From Nitrospira sp. (GTDB taxonomy: Bacteria > Nitrospirota > Nitrospiria > Nitrospirales > Nitrospiraceae), in NCBI GenBank assembly GCA_047150005.1, contig AP038806.1, forward strand, positions 1,344,001 to 1,408,000: DNA of 64,000 nucleotides, in the 5' to 3' direction. The stretch's first letter is position 1; each line of letters starts with the position of its first letter. The translations under genes were made by a program, and so were the position numbers. The notes beneath the pieces are model-generated. The model made no database searches and was not told the DNA's origin. It worked only from the letters and a program-made list of their open reading frames with translations. This document shows, in pieces, positions 43,209-53,106 of this stretch.

Positions 43209-44845
43209 CGAGTCACCTCACCGGCCGACGCCGCGGCCGCCTGTTTCACCGCGACTTTTTTGACCAACGTCGCCACGGTTCGGTTCGATTTGGTGAAATA
43301 TTCCGAGGCCACGCGTAGAATGTCCGCCGGCGTGACCGCTGCAATCTTGTCCCGCGCGTTGAGTATGTAGCGCCAGTCCCCCGCCACGGTCTGATAGAGG
43401 GCGAGCTGGGAAGCAAGCCCGCTGTTGGAACGTAAGGCGCGAACCATATCCGCATCCAGATTGTTGAGCACTTTCTCCAACTCCTTTGCAGTGACCGGCT
43501 CGCTCTTGAGCCGCTCCAATTCGGCCAGAATCGCGGATTCGACCTCCGCCGCCGTATGAGGCGCCAGCGGGGTCGCCTGCAGCACGAACAGATTGGGGGC
43601 ACGCACGCCCGGATAGTTGGCGTCCGAGTTGACCGAGGAGGCGAGCCTGCCGCCCAGCACTAGCTTGGTATACAAACGCGACGTCAATCCGTCCGTCAGG
43701 ATCTCGTCGATCACGTCGAACACATAATCGTCCGGATGTCCGAGGCCTGGTTTGTGGAAGCCGATGGCCAGGGAAGGCTCCGCGTCGAACTCGACTTCAA
43801 CCCGGCGCTCGCCGCGCTGCGGAGGCTCGACCGTCACGATCTGCGGCGGGGGCGGCGCGGCCGGAATTTTTCCGAACGTGTTCTCGATCAAGGTGATCAC
43901 GTCCTTCGGGGTGATGTCTCCCACGATGCCGATCGTGGCGCGTCCCGGTCCGTAGTACGTCTTGAAGAACGCCTCCGTGGTGGCCGGCGTCAAGGACAGA
44001 ATGTCCGATTCCCATCCGATCGTCGGAACTCCGTAGGGATGGGCGCGGAACGCGGCCGAGGTAAAGGTTTCAAAGAGCAGCCCGCTCGGGCTGTCGTCAT
44101 TGCGCAACCGCCGCTCTTCCATGACCACACCCCGCTCCTTGTAAAACTCCCGAAGGACCGGGTTGGCCATGCGATCGGCCTCGATCGCCGCCCACAGCGG
44201 TAACCGGTTGGATGGCAGATTGATCATATAGCGGGTCAAATCCTTCCCCGTCGCCGCGTTCAGTCCCACTCCGCCGTGACGCTGATAGAGCAGGGCCATT
44301 TCGTTGCCGGACACGTACTGCGCGGCCTGTTCCTGCAGCTCCTTCGCGCGCTGCTGCAGGCCGGCGATGGCGGCTTGCTCGTCCGGATCCGCTGGCCGCT
44401 CCTGAGATCGCCGGGCCGCCTCGCGCTGCCGTTGTTCGAGCTCCGTGCCGGCCCGCGACAACTCCTCCAGGAGCGGCTTCTCTTTGGCATAGTCCTTGGT
44501 CCCGATCGTCCTGGTCCCCTTGAACGCCATGTGCTCGTACAGATGTGCCAGCCCGGTCTGCCCGACCTGTTCGTTGACTCCCCCGACCGCGAAGGTCATG
44601 TTGATCGAGACGATGGGCGTTTGATGCCGCTCGACCATGAGCACCGTCAGGCCATTGGCCAATTTGTGCTCGATCACCCGCTCGGCCAAGCCGGGCGCAG
44701 CTGCAAAAAGAGGGTTGAGGTTCAGGCTCAAGGTGAGGAGCATGGCAAGAACCAAGGCCGTGAAGCGCGAGGCGTGAAGGCTATCTCGCGAACGGCAACC
44801 AACGAACGACGAAATACGAGATACGAGCGACGTTTCTCTGTTCAT
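43205..44845 (-). CDS. M16B peptidase, catalytic subunit
   Basis: GLAHLYEHMAFKGT (HxxEH), NAAT, ERGVVMEERR. N-terminus contains a heptamer-repeat element. Confidence 0.92.
   Translation of the reverse strand: MNRETSLVSRISSFVGCRSRDSLHASRFTALVLAMLLTLSLNLNPLFAAAPGLAERVIEHKLANGLTVLMVERHQTPIVSINMTFAVGGVNEQVGQTGLAHLYEHMAFKGTRTIGTKDYAKEKPLLEELSRAGTELEQRQREAARRSQERPADPDEQAAIAGLQQRAKELQEQAAQYVSGNEMALLYQRHGGVGLNAATGKDLTRYMINLPSNRLPLWAAIEADRMANPVLREFYKERGVVMEERRLRNDDSPSGLLFETFTSAAFRAHPYGVPTIGWESDILSLTPATTEAFFKTYYGPGRATIGIVGDITPKDVITLIENTFGKIPAAPPPPQIVTVEPPQRGERRVEVEFDAEPSLAIGFHKPGLGHPDDYVFDVIDEILTDGLTSRLYTKLVLGGRLASSVNSDANYPGVRAPNLFVLQATPLAPHTAAEVESAILAELERLKSEPVTAKELEKVLNNLDADMVRALRSNSGLASQLALYQTVAGDWRYILNARDKIAAVTPADILRVASEYFTKSNRTVATLVKKVAVKQAAAASAGEVTR
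44759..44832. repeat. Heptamer-array inverted repeat, solo copy (intragenic)
   Basis: CGTGAAG CGCGAGG CGTGAAG GCTATCT CGCGAAC ... AACGACG AAATACG AGATACG AGCGACG. Confidence 0.75.
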
Positions 44846-45489
44846 TCGAATATCTCCATCAATTGTTCCGGTCGTTCAATGAACCAGTCGGGGCGGCAGG
44901 CGGTCATGCGCTCACGGTTTCCCATGCCGTAGCCGACCGCGCAGACGCGGATTCCGGCATTGTGGCCGCCGTTGATGTCGTTGGTGCTGTCTCCCACCAA
45001 CACGGTCCGGTCCGGCACGGCCTGCAGGCGTTCCATGATGTGCAACAACATGCCCGGTTCCGGTTTGAGGCCGAACCCGTTGTCGCCGCCGACGACGAAC
45101 TGAAAGTGCTGCGCGCCCAGGCCCTGCAGGATCACGTTGGTGAATTCGATGGACTTATTGGTGGCCACCGCCTTGCTGGTGCGACCAAAATGCTGCAACG
45201 CCGGCTCGATGCCCGGGTAAAAGCGCGTGCGATCGAGGCAATGCGCCAGGTAATGCCCTCGGAAGACCCGCAGAGCCTCGTCGAAACGGTCCGGGTTGCT
45301 CTCTCCCACCGCTTGTCTGAGCAACTTCTTCACTCCATCTCCGACGAAACCGAAAATCTCCTCGAGCGGACGCTCCGGCAGCCCCAGCTCGGCCAGCGTC
45401 AAATTCACGGAGGCGGCGATGTCCCATTTCGATTCGATCAGCGTGCCGTCCAGATCGAATATCAGTAAGTCGACCGGCGTTTTTCCCAT
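44842..45489 (-). CDS. HAD phosphatase (phosphoglycolate phosphatase-like)
   Basis: FDLDGTLIES, ATNK, KPEP, VGDSTND. Confidence 0.9.
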   Translation of the reverse strand: MGKTPVDLLIFDLDGTLIESKWDIAASVNLTLAELGLPERPLEEIFGFVGDGVKKLLRQAVGESNPDRFDEALRVFRGHYLAHCLDRTRFYPGIEPALQHFGRTSKAVATNKSIEFTNVILQGLGAQHFQFVVGGDNGFGLKPEPGMLLHIMERLQAVPDRTVLVGDSTNDINGGHNAGIRVCAVGYGMGNRERMTACRPDWFIERPEQLMEIFE

Positions 45490-46046
45490 TACTTCACCTT
45501 CCGCAATTCATCCTCCAACCCGGCGAGCCGGTCCCGCTTGTCCGGCTCGCTTTCCTTCACCCAAGCCTCGCGCACGTAATTGAGCATCCGCTTCTGGCCG
45601 ACATGCGGGGGCAGCACGGGCTCGATGATTCTCCAGCGATTCTTGACCGATTTGACTCGGACACGGATTTCCTCCGTTCCCGCCTCGGGAACGAATCCGG
45701 CGGTTTCAAGATAGACGGATCCAATGATTTGAAATGCTACCGGCACCACCACTTCCAGGCGATCGACGATATCCCACTGAGTGTAGTGCTCCGCCACGGT
45801 AAAGCCGCGGATGACCACGATGCGCCCCCAGGTCGGCTCGTCCCGCCAGTCGGTATACGGCGCGACTGCTTCGAACGACAGGGAGTCCAGGCGCGCGCCC
45901 TTTTGATCGAGCAGGAAATACTTTTTCACGATCTCGGCGGGCGAATGCTCGAGGCCCCCGGTCTGTCCGGCTGCCGCGCCGCTGAACAACAGCAGTCCAA
46001 GCAGACTCAGGAAGGCCGGCACCGACCGAGATGGCCGACGTCTCAT
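45489..46046 (-). CDS. Exported hypothetical protein
   Basis: Signal peptide from ATG 46046 (ATGA overlap with the pyk stop); stop overlaps the next start. Confidence 0.7.
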   Translation of the reverse strand: MRRRPSRSVPAFLSLLGLLLFSGAAAGQTGGLEHSPAEIVKKYFLLDQKGARLDSLSFEAVAPYTDWRDEPTWGRIVVIRGFTVAEHYTQWDIVDRLEVVVPVAFQIIGSVYLETAGFVPEAGTEEIRVRVKSVKNRWRIIEPVLPPHVGQKRMLNYVREAWVKESEPDKRDRLAGLEDELRKVK

Positions 46047-47527
46047 GGGACCTCGTGCAACTTCATGAGATTCGTTCCTCCCGGCTGTCCGATCCGTGTC
46101 CCGGACAAGATGACGATCCGTTCGCCCGGTTTCACGAACCCCTCCGCCTTCAAGCGGCGTTCCGCTTCGTGGACTCGTTCGTCCGTTTGCGCGATCTGGT
46201 GCATGCAATGCGGAATCACGCCCCAATAAAGCGCCATCCGCTGACGAACGGGCTCGAACGGGGTGAACGCGACGATCGGGGCCGCAGGGCGTTGCTTGGA
46301 GATCAACCGCGCCGTCGCGCCCAACTCGCTGAATGCCACGATCGCGCTGGCCGTGATGGCCCAGGCGGCCGTGGATGCCGCGGTGCAGATCGCCTCCGAA
46401 CAGGACCGCGCGTTGCCGTCGGCGTCACGCCGGCGCACGGCCGACGGCTCAATCCCTTCCTCCGCAGCCCGGATGATCCGATCCATGACCCGAACCGTTT
46501 CGACCGGATAGCGTCCGATGGCGGTTTCCGCCGACAACATCACGGCATCGGTGCCGTCGAACACCGCATTGGCGACATCGGAGGCTTCGGCTCTGGTCGG
46601 ACTGGCACGCTGGGTCATGGATTCCAACATCTGGGTCGCCGTAATGACCAGCCGGCGACGGCGGTTGGCCTCGGCGATAATGCGCTTCTGTAGGACCGGC
46701 ACGGCTTCGGCCCCCATCTCGACGCCCAGATCGCCGCGCGCGATCATGACGCCGTCCGCGGCGTCCAGAATGGCGGGCAAGGCGTTCACGGCTTCGACGC
46801 GTTCGATCTTGGCGATGATCGGCACGTCCCGCCCGCAGGCGGCGACCAACTGCTTCGCGGCCTTGACGTCCTCCGGTCCGCGGACGAACGACAGCGCAAT
46901 ATAGTCCACGCCCGCCGCGACTCCGAACCGGATGTCCTCGCAATCCTTCTCCGTCAGCGTGGGCGCACTGACGGTCGTTCCTGGCAGATTGATGCCTTTG
47001 TGCGAGAGGATGCGCCCGCCGGTGACAACCAAGCACTCGACGACACCGCCGGCAATTCGAGTGACCGTCAGCTCGATCAGGCCGTCGTCGATGAGAATAC
47101 GCCCCCCCGGCCTGACGTCGCGAGCCAAGTGCTGGTAGGTCACGGGAATGTCGATCTGCCCGTCGGACATCCCCCCGGGCGCGGCACCGATCTGAGCGCC
47201 CTGAGCGCCCGACTGCGCCAGTTGACCGCCCGACCGGGCCAGCGCCGTCCGCAGTCGCACTGATTGCCCGGGTGCGACCTCCAGACCCTTTTCGCTCACC
47301 TCGTCCACCCTGATGCGCGGTCCTTGAACGTCTTGAATGATGGCGACCGCGACCTTGCGGCCGGCGGCGGCTTCGCGAACGGCCTGAATGGCGCGGCCGT
47401 GCGAGGCGTGCGTGCCGTGGGAGAAATTCAGTCTGGCGGCGTCCATTCCATGCTCGATGAGACGACCCAGCATGTCCAGCGACTCACTGGCCGGACCGAT
47501 CGTGCAGACGATCTTGGCTTTTCTCAT
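46043..47527 (-). CDS. pyk: Pyruvate kinase
   Basis: KIVCTIGPAS, RLNFSHG, IIAKIE, ARGDLG, ATQMLESM, PTRAE. Confidence 0.97.
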   Translation of the reverse strand: MRKAKIVCTIGPASESLDMLGRLIEHGMDAARLNFSHGTHASHGRAIQAVREAAAGRKVAVAIIQDVQGPRIRVDEVSEKGLEVAPGQSVRLRTALARSGGQLAQSGAQGAQIGAAPGGMSDGQIDIPVTYQHLARDVRPGGRILIDDGLIELTVTRIAGGVVECLVVTGGRILSHKGINLPGTTVSAPTLTEKDCEDIRFGVAAGVDYIALSFVRGPEDVKAAKQLVAACGRDVPIIAKIERVEAVNALPAILDAADGVMIARGDLGVEMGAEAVPVLQKRIIAEANRRRRLVITATQMLESMTQRASPTRAEASDVANAVFDGTDAVMLSAETAIGRYPVETVRVMDRIIRAAEEGIEPSAVRRRDADGNARSCSEAICTAASTAAWAITASAIVAFSELGATARLISKQRPAAPIVAFTPFEPVRQRMALYWGVIPHCMHQIAQTDERVHEAERRLKAEGFVKPGERIVILSGTRIGQPGGTNLMKLHEVP

Positions 47528-47714
47528 GCGACGCCCTTCGTGCTTGACAAGACAGTAACCGCCACCCAATATTCATTGCGGGCCAGCGCCGCAGGCATCC
47601 GGAAGGCAGCTGGACGGAGAAAGGTCTCTCTCGCGTTAATGACGGGTCATTCTAACAAACGAGAATTCCACCCGCAAAGATTCTTCCAGCCTGAGGCGCG
47701 TACCGGGAGGTCCC

Positions 47715-48872
47715 ATGGAGCACCCAACCCGACGACTTGATTTCGTGACGATCGGCGGGCTGGTGGCCTACGGAGAACTCCTGGCGCAGCGGCAAGCCCA
47801 CGAGGATCTGCTCCTGCCCTCTCCGCCTCCGACCACGAACGATCGACGCCGGGCGGCAGAGGGAGCCCTCGATGCCGTCCGGTCGTTCGTTGAACGCGCC
47901 AAGGCCGGATTCGAAGACGCCGCCGCCTATCGGGCCGCGCGACGGGCGCTCCTCGAAGACCATTGCGCGGGGGATCCGCTGGTATTTTTCGCCGCCTGGA
48001 ACACATGTCTGGCATCGGGGGAATTGCAGCCGCTGTTGCACGCGCCGATCCGAACGGTGTCCAAACCGATGCATCGCCGCCCCGTGGCCATTGTCCCCCG
48101 GGCCGATCTCACACCCCAATTGGCCGAAGGCCGGATCGTCCTGGACCTGGGCGACGATCGATTCTGGCTGTTACCCCGCGATCTCACGGGCCGGACCCGG
48201 CTGTTCACGATGCGCCACGGTGTCTCCAGGGGCGAGAGCAAGACTCACCGTGTCGGCTGCCGCCTGATGAATCGACTCGACCCCGAACGGGGATTTTCCC
48301 GCGCGGACTCGGTCGGGGCCGCACTGGCCCGCATGGTCGGCGTGGTAGCCCAGCAGCTCGATTTTCTCCATCTCTCCAACTATCTCAACCCGCACGCCTT
48401 TCTGCACTTCATCAGCCGCAGTCCCAACACGAAACAACTCTTCTATCGGGTGGTCGAGGCCCTCGTGCCGGACGCGGGATCAAGACCGGAGCCGGCGCTC
48501 GAGCCGGCATTGGAGTCATCGGATTTCGGGTGGGTCACCGGGATGGAGAAAACGTTGGAGGCCGAGGAAGCGGCCCGGGTATTCGGCGTCGACGTGAAGA
48601 GCGCCAAGTCTCTGCTCAAGGATCCCCTCTATTGCTACCCGGGCGGCAACTCGTTCTTCGACCTGTACGTAGACGTGATCGACGGTCTCCATGGCGTCGG
48701 GCGCGCGCACCCGGGCAAGGTCGCCTGCCTGTATACGCACAGCTCGACGCTCCGTGCGCTGATGATCTATTTGGATGCCCGGCCGTTCCACGAAGCCTTT
48801 ACGGAGTTCAGTGACTATAAAGAGAGCCAGGACAACGTTGTGCTCCTGACGTTCGAGCATGGACGGTTGTAG
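47715..48872 (+). CDS. N-terminal half: histidine phosphatase (PGAM-like) domain protein
   Basis: FTMRHG, LESSDFGW, YTHSSTLRAL; RBS GGAGG. Confidence 0.6.
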   Translation: MEHPTRRLDFVTIGGLVAYGELLAQRQAHEDLLLPSPPPTTNDRRRAAEGALDAVRSFVERAKAGFEDAAAYRAARRALLEDHCAGDPLVFFAAWNTCLASGELQPLLHAPIRTVSKPMHRRPVAIVPRADLTPQLAEGRIVLDLGDDRFWLLPRDLTGRTRLFTMRHGVSRGESKTHRVGCRLMNRLDPERGFSRADSVGAALARMVGVVAQQLDFLHLSNYLNPHAFLHFISRSPNTKQLFYRVVEALVPDAGSRPEPALEPALESSDFGWVTGMEKTLEAEEAARVFGVDVKSAKSLLKDPLYCYPGGNSFFDLYVDVIDGLHGVGRAHPGKVACLYTHSSTLRALMIYLDARPFHEAFTEFSDYKESQDNVVLLTFEHGRL

Positions 48873-48935
48873 GGTTACTCTACGGCGGTCGGCCTCTCCG
48901 AGCGGGAGCGGATCGCGCGGGAGGCCTGGCAAACG

Positions 48936-50033
48936 GTGGAGCGTGAGCGCAGGGATCGCGTCACCCTCAAGCCGCGGCAGGTGAAGCGGCTCATAGCCCT
49001 CGTTTCGGGAGGAGACTTTGCTGGCGCCGGCGCCGCGCTCAAGGAGTTGCGCGTGACCGGCAACCGGTTCGGACTGGAGGTGCGTTTTGTCCGTCACGGG
49101 TTTCTCGGTCTCGCGAACAATTGGATCGAAGCCGTCACCGAACACGACACGCGGGGGATGAGCAGCCTGGCGAGCAGTCCCATCGGTAGCAGCCGGTTCG
49201 AAGATTTCAAAGACGAGCGGGTCCAACAGGCGGCGATGCGACACCTCACCCCCTATGCAAACGACAGCGTCGTCGTCGTGCTGGGAGGCGACGGCAGCCT
49301 GCGAGGCGCGCGGGCCATCTACGAAAACTTCGGCGTGCAGGTTATCGGACTTCCTGGCACCATCGACAACAACATCGACGGCACGACCTCGCTCGGATTT
49401 CATTCGGCCGTGGCGCTCGCCAACCAGTCGATCGAGTCGCTCAAGGCCACGAGTTCGGCCATGGGCAGCATTTTCTTCGTCGAAGTCATGGGCGCCGGGT
49501 CAGGACACTTGGCCCTGGCGTGCGCCTATCAGGCGCGCGCAGAGGGTCTGTTGGTCAACGAGCATCCGGATCCGGACGCCTACATCGACGAGATCATCCT
49601 CGGAACGCTGAAGCGCACGCTGGGCGTTCCCAATAAGAGTCATCTGTTCGTGGTGGCGGAGCGCACTCCTCACCGCCATCACCGGGAAGGCGGCGTGCAC
49701 GGTCTGGTCGACCACATCGCCGACACGATCGCGCACTGGCCGCAGCGCCAGGTGAAAGCCGATCAGTATCCGCTGACGCTGGCCACCAAGGCCACCATTC
49801 TCGGCCACACGCTCAGAGGCGCGCCGCCCACACCTGAAGACAAGACCATCGCGCAGCACCTGGCATACGAAACGGTCCGACGGGTGGTGGAGGCGCCCGA
49901 CACGATCGTGGGCTGCATGGTCGCTTATCGCGATCAGGCGACCATCGACACCATTCCACTCCACGCCGTATCACCCAAACCGTTCAATTGGGCGCTCTTC
50001 GCCCGGATGCACGGAAGCGAAGCGACGGACTGA
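48936..50033 (+). CDS. pfkA: C-terminal half: 6-phosphofructokinase family domain
   Basis: SGGDFAG, IGSSRF, GGDGSLRG, PGTIDN, EVMG, LGHTLRG. Confidence 0.7.
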   Translation: MERERRDRVTLKPRQVKRLIALVSGGDFAGAGAALKELRVTGNRFGLEVRFVRHGFLGLANNWIEAVTEHDTRGMSSLASSPIGSSRFEDFKDERVQQAAMRHLTPYANDSVVVVLGGDGSLRGARAIYENFGVQVIGLPGTIDNNIDGTTSLGFHSAVALANQSIESLKATSSAMGSIFFVEVMGAGSGHLALACAYQARAEGLLVNEHPDPDAYIDEIILGTLKRTLGVPNKSHLFVVAERTPHRHHREGGVHGLVDHIADTIAHWPQRQVKADQYPLTLATKATILGHTLRGAPPTPEDKTIAQHLAYETVRRVVEAPDTIVGCMVAYRDQATIDTIPLHAVSPKPFNWALFARMHGSEATD

Positions 50034-50110
50034 CCATACGCGCTCCCGCGCTTCGTTGACCTCGATTCGGAACGCATGATAGCGTCTGGCCTCTATCGGG
50101 ACATCCGGCG

Positions 50111-50566
50111 ATGATGCGCCCACCCACACGAGGCATCTGGTCGGGATTGATCGGTCTCGCGCTGCTGCTCAGCGCGACGGTCGGAACGACCGGCACGGTC
50201 GATCCGCAGATCGAGCCGCCGGGGCGTGCTTCTTCCAAGCTTCAGACACTCCCAAGCAACGGTCTGCCCTCGGAAACGGACGAGGCGGCCTCGGCACTCA
50301 GTCAGAAGACCGAGATTCCTCAAAAGGCGAAGGACCTCCTCCAGACGATTCGGGAGCGTCAGGGCGCCCCGCCTCCCGGCTACGTGGGAGGACGTGCGTT
50401 TCACAACCGCGAACGCCGGCTCCCTCGGGGTCTGTACCGAGAGTATGATGTCAACCCCAAGCTACGAGGCCGGCCGCGCGACGCGGAACGGATCGTGATC
50501 GAGCAGAAGACCGGCCTGGCTTACTACACGGCCGACCATTATCGAACGTTCGTTCCTTTCAGGTAA
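50111..50566 (+). CDS. Secreted microbial guanyl-specific RNase (barnase/RNase Sa family)
   Basis: Signal peptide; GGRAFHNRERRLP, YREYDV, RIV, YYTADHY. Confidence 0.88.
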   Translation: MMRPPTRGIWSGLIGLALLLSATVGTTGTVDPQIEPPGRASSKLQTLPSNGLPSETDEAASALSQKTEIPQKAKDLLQTIRERQGAPPPGYVGGRAFHNRERRLPRGLYREYDVNPKLRGRPRDAERIVIEQKTGLAYYTADHYRTFVPFR

Positions 50567-50571
50567 GGCCC

Positions 50572-51117
50572 ATGCCGCACCAGACGTCCCTCGGCTCCGT
50601 CATCCAGTCGATCAAGGCACCCTGGGTCATGCTGCTTGTGCTCAATCCGGGAGATCACGTCGAGAGAATCTTTCACGTCCCGGACGGGTTCAGTCTGCAT
50701 GTGCTCCGCGGAGCTAAGTGCCGCACGGGCGCCGGGTTGTTCCAGGAATTCGCCCGCGCGTTGAAGTTTCCCGACTATTTCGGACACAACTGGGATGCCT
50801 TGGAAGAGTGCCTCGCGGATCTGGAATGGTTGCCCGCCAAAGGCTACGTGCTGGCCGTCACGGAAGCGGAGCAGGTGCTCACGCAGGAGGAAGAAGATTA
50901 CAGCACGTTTCTCGAGGTGCTGAGCGACGCGGGTGAAGCCTGGGCGACCGGCCAGGCCGGTTCCGGATCCAGGCGGCCCTTTCACGTGATCCTGACCGTG
51001 TCCGAACCGCAGCGACTCAAACGAGCGCACTGGTCGATCCCGAAGGTGGACCTTGGTGCGGACGTGCGGCGACTCCGGCCCAAGACATCGCGAAGGCGCC
51101 CTTCAGCCGGAACCTGA
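50572..51117 (+). CDS. Barstar-family RNase inhibitor
   Basis: LKFPDYFGHNWDALEECLADL; 5 nt after the RNase stop. Confidence 0.9.
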   Translation: MPHQTSLGSVIQSIKAPWVMLLVLNPGDHVERIFHVPDGFSLHVLRGAKCRTGAGLFQEFARALKFPDYFGHNWDALEECLADLEWLPAKGYVLAVTEAEQVLTQEEEDYSTFLEVLSDAGEAWATGQAGSGSRRPFHVILTVSEPQRLKRAHWSIPKVDLGADVRRLRPKTSRRRPSAGT

Positions 51118-51233
51118 ATCCGTACCGCCATCGGCAGGACACGCGGCACCGTAAGGTCCGCGTAAGGTCAGATCGACTGGAGGGGACAGCTGGGGTAAAA
51201 GAGTACGCTTGATGGGGCAGACGTTCCGGTCAT

Positions 51234-51449
51234 TCACCGCCGCTTCCACCGGAAGGGTCCATGAGACAGCGGACCGTCGGTTGCCGCGTCTCGGTCACAG
51301 GCACGGGACGCCCGCCATCGGGCCTGGACTTCATCGCGGTGTATCTTGCAAATGCCGTGTGTTTCCCGCACATCATCGAAGGGGGGCTTCTCCCCCACCA
51401 CGTCGCTGTTCTTTCCCTCGTACCGGCACCAGGAACACACGACCTTCAT
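51234..51449 (-). CDS. Small putative zinc-binding protein
   Basis: MKVVCSWC...THGICKIH; RBS-like GAAGG. Confidence 0.65.
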   Translation of the reverse strand: MKVVCSWCRYEGKNSDVVGEKPPFDDVRETHGICKIHRDEVQARWRASRACDRDAATDGPLSHGPFRWKRR

Positions 51450-51709
51450 ACTCAGCGCCTTCTTCAGATCCTGTCTGTAGATAACGCAAGATTCGGACCG
51501 ATGCCCAGTGTGCCCGAGGAGAGCGGTATTTCCTAAATAAATCGCAAACCCGCGTGTGGAGACCATCACCATCCGACTGAATCAAAAATGAATCGCCTGT
51601 GGATCGAAGTCGCCATTTTTTTGGCATCCTCGACCACATTCGAGCTGGGATCGAGGTCGTCGGCTTCCTTGACCGGTTCTCGCCGACCATGATAGGTTGC
51701 GCCCCCGTC

Positions 51710-52993
51710 ATGAAGACCACGCGCTCAGCCAAACTCTTCGAACGGGCCAACCAGCTCATCCCAGGCGGCGTCAACAGCCCGGTGCGGGCCTTTCGCTCGG
51801 TCGGAGGCCAACCCCGTTTCATCAGCCGGGCGAAGGGTTCACGTCTCTACGACGTCGACGGTAACGCCTACATCGACTACGTACTGTCCTGGGGTCCGAT
51901 GATCCTCGGGCACGCGGCGCCTTCGGTGGTCACAGCACTCAGGAAGGCGGCCGGGCGCGGCACGAGTTTCGGCGCGCCGACCGAGTTGGAGGTCACGCTG
52001 GCCGCGATGATCCAGGAGGCGTTCCCCTCCATGGAAAAGATCCGGCTGGTAAGTTCCGGCACCGAGGCGGTGATGAGCGCGATTCGGGTCGCGCGCGGAT
52101 TCACCAAGCGCGACACGATCCTGAAATTTGAAGGCTGCTACCACGGCCACAGTGACTATCTGCTTGCGAAAGCCGGGTCCGGCCTTGCCACGTTGGGCAT
52201 CCCGGATTCGCCCGGCGTCCCGGAAGACTTCGCCAAACATACCCTCACCGCCCCTTATAACGACATCGGCGCGGTCCGCCGCCTGGTCGACGAACATCGC
52301 GGCCGCCTCGCCTGCATCATTCTGGAGCCGATTGCCGGCAACATGGGCGTGGTGCCTCCGGCTCCGGACTTCCTAACCGAGCTGCGGAAACTGACGCTCG
52401 AGCACGACATGCTGCTGATTTTTGACGAAGTGATCACGGGATTTCGGGTCGCCTACGGCGGCGCACAGAACCTCTATGGGGTGACGCCCGACTTGACGGT
52501 GCTGGGTAAGATCATCGGCGGAGGACTGCCGGTCGGCGCCTACGGCGGCAGGCGGGAAATCATGGATCTCATCGCGCCCTCTGGGCCGGTCTATCAAGCC
52601 GGGACTTTGTCGGGAAATCCGCTGGCCGTGACAGCCGGGATCGCCACGCTCACCAAACTCAAGGGCCGTGGCGTCTATGCCGGGCTCGAAGCGCGGGCCG
52701 CGACGTTCGCGAAAGAGTTGGGCGCTGCGGCCAAGAAGGCGGGCATCCCGCTCACGCAGACGCGGGTGGGCTCCATGCTGACTTCGTTCTTCACCTCAGG
52801 TCCGGTAACCGATTGGACGACGGTCAAGCGATCGGATACGCAGCGATATGGCCGGTTCTTCCACACGATGCTCGAACAGGGGATCTACCTGGCACCTTCC
52901 CAGTTCGAAGCCGCGTTTCTCTCCACCGCCCATTCCTTGGCAGACATCGACAAGACGCTCCGCGCCGCATACGCGGCCTTTAAAACACTGTAA
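51710..52993 (+). CDS. hemL: Glutamate-1-semialdehyde 2,1-aminomutase
   Basis: [45 protein letters not shown]. Confidence 0.97.
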   Translation: MKTTRSAKLFERANQLIPGGVNSPVRAFRSVGGQPRFISRAKGSRLYDVDGNAYIDYVLSWGPMILGHAAPSVVTALRKAAGRGTSFGAPTELEVTLAAMIQEAFPSMEKIRLVSSGTEAVMSAIRVARGFTKRDTILKFEGCYHGHSDYLLAKAGSGLATLGIPDSPGVPEDFAKHTLTAPYNDIGAVRRLVDEHRGRLACIILEPIAGNMGVVPPAPDFLTELRKLTLEHDMLLIFDEVITGFRVAYGGAQNLYGVTPDLTVLGKIIGGGLPVGAYGGRREIMDLIAPSGPVYQAGTLSGNPLAVTAGIATLTKLKGRGVYAGLEARAATFAKELGAAAKKAGIPLTQTRVGSMLTSFFTSGPVTDWTTVKRSDTQRYGRFFHTMLEQGIYLAPSQFEAAFLSTAHSLADIDKTLRAAYAAFKTL

Positions 52994-52995
52994 TT

Positions 52996-53102
52996 CGTTG
53001 CTCGTGAAGCGTCGCTCGTATCTCGTTAGATACAAGCCGACCGGTTCCAATACAGAAATCTTCTCTCCTTTGCGCTTCACGAGATACGCATCACGATTCA
53101 CG
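52996..53102. repeat. Heptamer-array inverted repeat, solo copy
   Basis: CGTTGCT CGTGAAG CGTCGCT CGTATCT CGTTAGA ... CTTCACG AGATACG CATCACG ATTCACG, between convergent stops. Confidence 0.85.
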
Positions 53103-53106
53103 TTAC

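Larger units (their letters stand above)
47715..50033 (+). pseudogene. Histidine-phosphatase + 6-phosphofructokinase fusion interrupted by one in-frame TAG (48870-48872)
   Basis: Both ORFs share a frame; the 63 nt after the TAG are open (GYSTAVGLSERERIAREAWQT); no clear RBS for the second half. Confidence 0.65.

Noticed and set aside
47590..47612. SRP-like CCGGAAGGCAGC string
   Set aside because: Only a partial match, with no surrounding SRP helix.
48870..48872. Pyrrolysine or genome-wide TAG recoding
   Set aside because: TAG ends many genes in this window and no pyl machinery is visible.
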